Below the pieces are notes generated by a model. That model was given only the letters and a program-made list of their open reading frames with translations, did no database searches and was not told where the DNA came from. From a bacterium (lineage in GTDB: Bacteria > Actinomycetota > Coriobacteriia > Coriobacteriales > Eggerthellaceae), in contig CAVFFT010000004.1 in assembly GCA_963621885.1 (NCBI GenBank), positions 12 through 64,011 on the forward strand: a DNA stretch of 64,000 bases. Reading direction: 5' to 3'. Every line of letters begins with the position of its first letter. Position 1 is the first letter of the stretch. Of this stretch, positions 55,672 to 62,608 are shown piece after piece. The translations under genes and the position numbers were made by a program.

Positions 55672-55687
55672 CCACAATATATAGTAG
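55672..55687 (-). promoter_or_regulatory. Candidate NrdR box overlapping the -35 region of the nrdR-dut promoter
   Basis: ccacaatatatagtag matches 13 of 16 positions of my remembered NrdR-box palindrome acacwAtATaTwgtgt. TGgTAGAAT extended -10 lies at 55658-55666 (minus strand). Confidence 0.35.
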
Positions 55688-55731
55688 TAGGATTACGAAC
55701 GGTGAATTCCCCGTTGCGGAAGGTGGCCTGC

Positions 55732-57675
55732 ATGCCTAAAGAAGATGCGCTCAAGATAGTTTTGGCTCAAATCGAGGTCGTACCCGGCCAACCAAGCCGC
55801 AATTTCGAAACGATGGCAGCCTGCATAAAGAGAGCTCGCGAAGCTCAAGCGGACCTCGTGGTCTTCCCCGAAATGTGCGTCGGCGGCTATTTCCTCGCCG
55901 ACCGTTGGAACGACAACGCCTTCGTAGACTATCTCGATTCCTTCAACGAGAAGATTCGCGCCCTTTCGGAAGGGATTGGCGTGATTTTCGGCAATGTGAG
56001 CCGCCGCTATATGGAGCCCACGCATCGCGGCAAGGACGGCCGAATCGTGCGCTATAACACCGCCCTGTTCGCGCAGAATGGCGAATGGGTGCCGCGTTGC
56101 GGCAGCGACACCGCACCGGCAGGTCGCTATCTCAAGTCTCTCCAGCCGGACTATCGTATGTTCGATGACGAGCGCTATTTCCTCTCGTCGGTCGATGATG
56201 CTGAGTTTTATGAGGACAAGTCCTGGGAGCAGGACTGGCTTGCGCCTTTCGCATTCAAATGCGGAGGCCGCACGATTCGCATTGGCCTTCAGGTCTGCGA
56301 GGATCTGTGGTCAGGCGATTACGCACAGGATATCACCCGCTTTTATGCCGAAGGCGACTGCAACCTCATCGTGAACATCAGCGCTTCCCCATGGACGCTC
56401 AACAAGGACGCGGGGCGTGACAAGCGGGTTCTCGAGCATGCAAAAGAACTGTCGCAGATTCCCCCGCTCGCCTACGTCAATTGCGTTGGCATGCAAAACA
56501 CCGGTAAGAACGTCCTCTCCTTTGATGGCGGGTCTGCCCTCTATGGCTGCAAAGGTGAACGAATCACTTCGGCTCGCGACGATTTCGAAGAGGATTTCGT
56601 CCTAGTATCGCTTGACCTTGAGAATGGCGCGGCTGATATCGAGATTGAAGCGTCAGGCCCGACCTCTTACGCCGACGAGGATGAAAAGACGCTCGACGCG
56701 CTGGTGAGCACGCTTCGCCGCTTCGATGCCCAGACTTTCCCTTGGGGCCCCAAATGGATCATCGGCCTTTCAGGCGGCATCGACAGCAGCGTGACGGCTG
56801 CTCTTATGTATCTCGCCTTTGGCGGTCCTGACCGCATCGTCGGCTACAACCTCGCCACGCGCTACAATTCCGACGCGACAAAGATGAACGCTTACAATCT
56901 CGCGACAAGCCTCGGGCTTCGCCTGGTCAACGGCTCGATTGAGGACGTGGTCAACGCGACGGCAAGCGTTATGGCCCTGTATGGCTACCCCGAAGAGAAA
57001 ATCAGCGGCCTTGCACAGGAAAACGTGCAGGCGCGTTTGCGCGGCCACATGCTTTCGACCTTCGCTGCGGTTGAATCGGGCGTCATCATGAACAACGGCA
57101 ACAAGGTGGAATCGGCGCTTGGCTATGCCACCTTGTATGGCGACGCAATCGGGGCCATTTCTCCCCTTGGCGACATCACGAAGGCGCGCCTCTTCAGGAT
57201 TGCGCGGATTATCAACCGGCGTCTGGGTCAGGAAGTGGTCCCCGAGAATCTCATTCCGGAGCTCACTGAAGATGGCTACAACTGGGAAACGATGCCTTCA
57301 GCGGAGCTCCGCGATGCGCAAACCGATCCAATGAAATGGTTCTATCACGACTACCTGATTGAGCGCCTTACCAATTATCCGGGTTACGGAATCGAACGCA
57401 TCATGCGCGAATACCTCGATGGAACGCTGCAGGCAGGTGAAATGGGGAAATGGATCCGCTTCTACGGTCTCGACGACCCGAAAGCCTTCATCGAGGACAT
57501 CGAGTGGGTGAATGGCAAGATTGCAAAATCGGTCTTCAAGCGAATACAGATGCCGCCCGTCGTGACGGTGACGCGTGGATCCTTTGGCTTCGACATCCGC
57601 GAGAATCAGATTACGCTCGAGAAAACGCCCGAGTATCTCGAGCTGCGCGAGAAGATTCTGGCGCTCGCGAAATAG
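55732..57675 (+). CDS. nadE: Glutamine-dependent NAD+ synthetase
   Basis: N-terminal CN-hydrolase domain (VVFPEMCVGGY, ...VCEDLW) plus C-terminal synthetase GLSGGIDSSV. ATG 55732 follows GGAAGGTGG. Confidence 0.9.
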   Translation: MPKEDALKIVLAQIEVVPGQPSRNFETMAACIKRAREAQADLVVFPEMCVGGYFLADRWNDNAFVDYLDSFNEKIRALSEGIGVIFGNVSRRYMEPTHRGKDGRIVRYNTALFAQNGEWVPRCGSDTAPAGRYLKSLQPDYRMFDDERYFLSSVDDAEFYEDKSWEQDWLAPFAFKCGGRTIRIGLQVCEDLWSGDYAQDITRFYAEGDCNLIVNISASPWTLNKDAGRDKRVLEHAKELSQIPPLAYVNCVGMQNTGKNVLSFDGGSALYGCKGERITSARDDFEEDFVLVSLDLENGAADIEIEASGPTSYADEDEKTLDALVSTLRRFDAQTFPWGPKWIIGLSGGIDSSVTAALMYLAFGGPDRIVGYNLATRYNSDATKMNAYNLATSLGLRLVNGSIEDVVNATASVMALYGYPEEKISGLAQENVQARLRGHMLSTFAAVESGVIMNNGNKVESALGYATLYGDAIGAISPLGDITKARLFRIARIINRRLGQEVVPENLIPELTEDGYNWETMPSAELRDAQTDPMKWFYHDYLIERLTNYPGYGIERIMREYLDGTLQAGEMGKWIRFYGLDDPKAFIEDIEWVNGKIAKSVFKRIQMPPVVTVTRGSFGFDIRENQITLEKTPEYLELREKILALAK

Positions 57676-57973
57676 GACAGTAAAAACAACTTCATAAGAA
57701 GTAGTGCGCTCATACGCGGTAAGAGTGACGCTACGCGCGCCAAATGGAGAGGCCTCGTGTTATCACAAGGCCTCTTCCCCGTCGCATAGCCAAAGATGCC
57801 AAAGCTACATCAATGCATCCGCTTACGCGCGGCTACTATCGGACCTGCTACTCAGAACCTTTCGAAACTCTGTGCGGCTGTCTAAATCAGCCTTACGTGA
57901 AGATCGTTAAGGCGATGCCAGCGCATGCAACATTCTGCGCGGTCGCGATAAAGCAGCCGCGCGAAACCGCTTC

Positions 57974-58462
57974 TTATAGAAACAGGAACATGAGCGCAAT
58001 TACGAGGCTCAAGCCGATTGCGCCGAAGCGAAGCACTTCGGAGAAGCTCGTCTTTCCTGAATCGACTCCCGCAAGAGAACCGCGATTCAGACCATCCAAA
58101 AGATACCAGGACAATTCGCCGCTCTTCACGGACGCGTAGGTGTCGGAAAGCACACGCGTAGAAGGCGCATACGGGTCGTAAGATTCACAGGCAAGATCTT
58201 GAAGCGTCATGCGCTGTGCAGGGCGAAGATAAGCCGTATCCGTTAATTGAGAAGCACCTGCGTAATGGGCGGCATTGCGACGGACAGAAGGGGAAGCGGA
58301 AATCGTCTGGTTGCCAAACGTTTCAGGCGCATCCAAACGCCGATGGGATTCATAGCTGCGGCGTGCAATGTCATAATCGATGACATGTTTATCCGCACCC
58401 TGAGGCTTTGGGTACGCAAGGGCCGAAGTTCCCTGGATTTCGTAGAGAAGTCGCTCAGACAT
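57974..58462 (-). CDS. Tail-anchored membrane protein of unknown function, divergent from lexA and LexA-box controlled
   Basis: 162 aa with a good SD (AAGGAGA). No domain I recognise. Single TM at the extreme C-terminus (FGAIGLSLVIALMFLFL then stop). Promoter TTGACG-17-TATTAT contains a Cheo box. Confidence 0.6.
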   Translation of the reverse strand: MSERLLYEIQGTSALAYPKPQGADKHVIDYDIARRSYESHRRLDAPETFGNQTISASPSVRRNAAHYAGASQLTDTAYLRPAQRMTLQDLACESYDPYAPSTRVLSDTYASVKSGELSWYLLDGLNRGSLAGVDSGKTSFSEVLRFGAIGLSLVIALMFLFL

Positions 58463-58475
58463 CCGATCTCCTTAC

Positions 58476-58505
58476 TTGCATAGAACCTTTGTTCGTGTTT
58501 ATAAT
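58476..58505 (+). promoter_or_regulatory. lexA promoter
   Basis: TTGCAT-18 nt-TATAAT; the spacer contains LexA box 1. Confidence 0.6.
58483..58494. promoter_or_regulatory. LexA (Cheo-type) box 1
   Basis: GAACCTTTGTTC, perfect GAAC-N4-GTTC. Confidence 0.75.
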
Positions 58506-58529
58506 AAATCGAACATTCGTTCCCGTCAA
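58501..58529 (-). promoter_or_regulatory. Promoter of the lexA-divergent gene
   Basis: Minus strand TTGACG-17 nt-TATTAT. The spacer contains LexA box 2, and the -10 overlaps the lexA -10. Confidence 0.5.
58511..58522. promoter_or_regulatory. LexA (Cheo-type) box 2
   Basis: GAACATTCGTTC, perfect GAAC-N4-GTTC. Confidence 0.75.
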
Positions 58530-58538
58530 TAAGAAATC

Positions 58539-58550
58539 GTACATATGTTC
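58539..58550. promoter_or_regulatory. LexA (Cheo-type) box 3, one mismatch
   Basis: GTACATATGTTC, immediately upstream of the lexA SD. Confidence 0.55.
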
Positions 58551-58560
58551 GGAGGAAGCA

Positions 58561-59214
58561 ATGTCAGAGCTTACGAAAAAGCAAAGGCTGGTTCTCGAGA
58601 CCATTGCGCGCGCGATTGACGAAAAAGGCTACGTTCCGGCCGTGCGCGAAATCTGTACTGCCATCGGCCTCTCCTCCCCTTCCACCGTGCAGGTTCATTT
58701 GAATAGCCTCGAGAAGGGCGGCTTCATCCATCGCGATTCTCAGAAATCACGCTCGATCACGATTACCGCCAAAGGCCAAGAGGAGCTAGGCTTGTCCGAG
58801 GAGGAGCCTGTCGTCTACCAGGAACCATCCGATTTCAACCTGATAACGCTTCCTCTCGTTGGTCAGGTTGCGGCGGGCGTTCCCATTCTCGCGGAAGAGA
58901 ACATCGAGGACAGAATCACCCTTCCCGTCGACATCGTGGGCGATTCCGCCTCTTTCCTGCTTTCGGTACGCGGCGAATCCATGATCGAAGCGGGTATCAA
59001 TGATGGCGACTACCTCGTAGTCAAAGAGCAGCCGACTGCGGTGAATGGCGATATCGTTGTCGCACTCATTGACGATGGCGCGACCGTCAAGCGCTACTTC
59101 CGCGAGAAGGACCATATCCGGCTTCAGCCCGAGAACTCCTCGATGGATCCCATCATCACGCGTGATTGCGCAATTGTCGGAAAGGTTGTCGCCCTCTTCC
59201 GCCGCGTCTATTAA
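58561..59214 (+). CDS. lexA: SOS repressor LexA
   Basis: Winged-helix N-terminus (LTKKQRLVLETI...SPSTVQVHLNSLEKGGFI), cleavage site VAAGVP, VRGESM and VVKE catalytic Ser/Lys. ATG 58561 follows GGAGGAAG. Confidence 0.95.
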   Translation: MSELTKKQRLVLETIARAIDEKGYVPAVREICTAIGLSSPSTVQVHLNSLEKGGFIHRDSQKSRSITITAKGQEELGLSEEEPVVYQEPSDFNLITLPLVGQVAAGVPILAEENIEDRITLPVDIVGDSASFLLSVRGESMIEAGINDGDYLVVKEQPTAVNGDIVVALIDDGATVKRYFREKDHIRLQPENSSMDPIITRDCAIVGKVVALFRRVY

Positions 59215-59442
59215 GGCAAACAGCCAAGCGTTTGGCATCCTCCCGAAGCACGTCGCCTACCCGCCCCTTCCCTCTTGTATGAGTCGCAAGGGGCGGCGCT
59301 CTTTAGGTCTGTCAAATCGATTGGTGATCGTACTCTTCCATTGGTAGAGCCAACCGGCTGAACGAAATAGCGTTCCAATCGCTTTGTTGCAAAGCCCCAC
59401 CTTGATGGCCTTATGTCTTCTCGTCGAGCCAAAAGACGTATC

Positions 59443-59454
59443 GAACATGAGTTC
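59443..59454. promoter_or_regulatory. Fourth GAAC-N4-GTTC box, inside the spacer of the putative tRNA-Pro promoter
   Basis: GAACATGAGTTC, 3 nt upstream of TATACT (59458-59463), which lies 8 nt before tRNA-Pro. Confidence 0.35.
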
Positions 59455-59471
59455 TGCTATACTGTGCCGCA

Positions 59472-59548
59472 CGGGATGTGGCGCAGTCTGGTAGCGCGCT
59501 TGCTTTGGGAGCAAGATGTCGCAGGTTCGAATCCTGTCATCCCGACCA
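59472..59548 (+). tRNA. tRNA-Pro (anticodon TGG)
   Basis: Acceptor CGGGATG/CATCCCG, anticodon arm CTTGC-TTTGGGA-GCAAG, T-arm GCAGG-TTCGAAT-CCTGT, encoded CCA. Confidence 0.9.
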
Positions 59549-59562
59549 CCTACAACAAACAA

Positions 59563-59600
59563 GGCCATGGTTCCCATTCAGGAAGAGCCATGGCCGTTTT
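59563..59600. terminator. Bidirectional terminator (tRNA-Pro on +, small ORF on -)
   Basis: ggccatgg-N17-ccatggcc followed by GTTTTC on +; TTGTTTGTTG follows on the minus strand. Confidence 0.65.
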
Positions 59601-59646
59601 CGTGGATGTGCCTATTGGGCGGAGTGCAGGACTTCCGCTTCTAGCC

Positions 59647-59775
59647 TTACCCATCTGTCGGTGACTTAGCGAGCAAGTCCTTGGCGGTGCCGTTGAGTGC
59701 ATTGTAGTCCCTTTCGGGCGCGGCGTTCCCTTCTGCGGTCTGGTCAACTGCGGGTGCGGCGTTATCTTCTGCCAC
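59647..59775 (-). CDS. Candidate 42-aa hydrophilic small protein
   Basis: GTG preceded by GGAAGGAGGG plus AACC. Product (M)AEDNAAPAVDQTAEGNAAPERDYNALNGTAKDLLAKSPTDG. Followed by the shared terminator. It is the 3' part of track ORF 59647..59967, whose upstream part overlaps tRNA-Leu. Confidence 0.35.
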   Translation of the reverse strand: MAEDNAAPAVDQTAEGNAAPERDYNALNGTAKDLLAKSPTDG

Positions 59776-59792
59776 GGTTCCCTCCTTCCCGT

Positions 59793-59865
59793 GCCCGTGC
59801 GGGCGCGGCTCGTGCCCCGTGCGGGGCGCTTTTATGTATGAAAAAGGGCGCCCGTGCGGACGCCC
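59793..59865 (-). repeat. Three GC-rich hairpins sharing a CCGCACGG core (GCAC tetraloop on the minus strand); the distal one is the tRNA-Leu terminator
   Basis: Plus strand gcccgtgcgggc (59793-59804), gccccgtgcggggc (59814-59827) and gggcgcccgtgcggacgccc (59846-59865). The last is followed by TTTTT on the minus strand. Confidence 0.5.
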
Positions 59866-59886
59866 TGAATCATAGGTTTTGGATGC

Positions 59887-59973
59887 TGGTCGGGGCGGCG
59901 GGAATCGAACCCGCATGGGCTTGCGCCCGCGTGCTCCTGAGACACGCGCGTCTGCCTGTTCCGCCACGCCCCG
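59887..59973 (-). tRNA. tRNA-Leu (anticodon CAG)
   Basis: Reverse complement reads CGGGGCG-TG-GCGGAACAGGCAGACGC..., anticodon loop CTCAGGA, long variable arm GGGCGCAAGCCCAT, T-arm GCGGG-TTCGATT-CCCGC, then CGCCCCG-A-CCA. Confidence 0.85.
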
Positions 59974-59991
59974 ATGTGGTAAAATAAATCT

Positions 59992-60038
59992 GTGCCAAGA
60001 AAAGCCTGGGTTAGTCGCCGGGGCAAATTCCTTGGCAC
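59992..60038. terminator. Hairpin terminator downstream of the toxin-like remnant
   Basis: gtgccaag-N31-cttggcac, flanked by T-runs on both strands. Confidence 0.5.
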
Positions 60039-60042
60039 TTTT

Positions 60043-60840
60043 TTATTTCTTGTAAAGTCTTGCAGACCCATCCCTTATTACCATGATCCTTTTTGCTCGC
60101 GGGTCTTCAAGCATGTCAACCACTGCGGACTCGATGGATTCGGCGTTCCCGTTTACCGACAGGTCGACTATCACGCTGTCGGACTGCAAGAGGCCATCGC
60201 CCACCCGCGACCTTGCCTTTGTCGGATTCTCGGTTGAGATTCGCTTAATCTCCCATAGCTCACCATCAAGCCTGATGTCTGGAGTGTGGTCACCCTGTCT
60301 GATTGATGGAACAAGGAATTCAATCTCATGCCCTTTGCGAGATAGCCAGGATGCGAGCTGGATTTCTTTGCCTTCAGGTTTCGCCCCATGCTGGCAAATG
60401 ATTACCCCTTCAAGCTCATAGGTTTTCACGAACTGCTCGAAGACCCCCGCGTAATCGCGTGCGATTTTCCACTCGTGCCATACCTTTGGTACTGACTGGT
60501 TGATAGCTTCGGCTTCAGCCTTAACGCCCGCTATCGGGAGATCATAGAAGCCATCCTCGTAACGAACCATGGACTCAATGCGTTTCCATGTCCTATACGC
60601 AACCATCGGGTCATGCCCTTCCACCAACTCCGCCATCGGGTGTCCTCGAAGCCCGGCACGACCTTGCAGTCGCAGCCGCGATGGAAGTGCATGAATTCGC
60701 CTGCCGTCTTGCGCGAATGGTAGACCGCGCCGCGCGATGCGAGCATCAGGCAGAACACGCAGTTCTCGCGTCCCGTCGTCACGCGGGCGAACCCCACGCC
60801 CTTCTTGCGGTCGCGCTTGGCGTAGGATCCAGATAAACAA
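60043..60840 (-). pseudogene. 5'-truncated, frameshifted remnant: phage MuF-type head-morphogenesis C-terminal tail fused to a PD-(D/E)xK nuclease-like (toxin-type) domain
   Basis: Track frame 60531..60977 reads ...GFARVTTGRENCVFCLMLASRGAVYHSRKTAGEFMHFHRGCDCKVVPGFEDT. Track frame 60043..60840 continues PMAELVEGHDPMVAYRTWKR... and ends with ...GDHTPDIRLDGELWEIKR.... The switch lies near 60637-60645. The region is visibly less GC-rich. An intact sub-ORF from ATG 60636 (197 aa) remains. Confidence 0.5.
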
Positions 60841-60869
60841 AAAGCCCCGAACCTATTGGCCCGGGGCTT
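60836..60869 (-). terminator. Terminator of tRNA-Asn
   Basis: Minus strand AGCCCCG-N12-CGGGGCT followed by TTTTTGTTT. Confidence 0.65.
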
Positions 60870-60877
60870 GTAATTAC

Positions 60878-60952
60878 TGGCTCCTCGGGTAGGACTCGAA
60901 CCTACAACCCTCCGGTTAACAGCCGGATGCTCTACCATTGAGCTACCGAGGA
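60878..60952 (-). tRNA. tRNA-Asn (anticodon GTT)
   Basis: Reverse complement reads TCCTCGG-TA-GCTCAATGGTAGAGC-A-TCCGG-CTGTTAA-CCGGA..., T-arm GTAGG-TTCGAGT-CCTAC, then CCGAGGA-G-CCA. Confidence 0.9.
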
Positions 60953-60983
60953 ATGTCAACGGTTTTTCAACACGCAAGTGATT

Positions 60984-61011
60984 ATTATAGTCAGACTCTC
61001 AGCTCTTGCAA
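60984..61011 (-). promoter_or_regulatory. Candidate promoter of tRNA-Asn
   Basis: Minus strand TTGCAA-16 nt-TATAAT, 31 nt upstream of the tRNA 5' end. Confidence 0.5.
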
Positions 61012-61145
61012 GGGGTAATTTTGATCAATTTGCAAGTTTCTTTTGCTTTCACAAAACCAGCGCATGCACCCGCGAAATTCGCGCTCATCAACCCGCACGC
61101 GCAGTCGCAAATCGACCGCATCACTCTCGCACGCTTCTCCTAACG

Positions 61146-62510
<1,365 letters not shown>

Positions 62511-62608
62511 GCTAACTCCCTTTCAGATCGATTTCACGCTTATACGTACAGTAATCCAAACGTTATTTATATCACATTATCTTTGCAGCTCACAGCGCCT
62601 CTCGATGT

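Noticed and set aside
57744-58139. 131-aa + strand ORF downstream of nadE
   Set aside because: It has no SD. It overlaps the 3' end of the better-supported minus-strand LexA-controlled gene, and it starts inside the nadE terminator hairpin region.
59330-59362. tRNA-like fragment (…ccattggtagagccaaccggctgaac…) resembling a D-arm/anticodon-arm, considered as a tRNA pseudogene or att-site duplicate
   Set aside because: No acceptor or T-arm can be folded around it, and it does not duplicate the 3' half of any tRNA in the window.
59974-60878. Search for direct repeats (attL/attR) of the tRNA-Asn or tRNA-Leu 3' ends that would define an integrated element around the toxin-like remnant
   Set aside because: I found no repeat of either tRNA end and no integrase gene. 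The region is best described as a remnant, not a delimitable mobile element.
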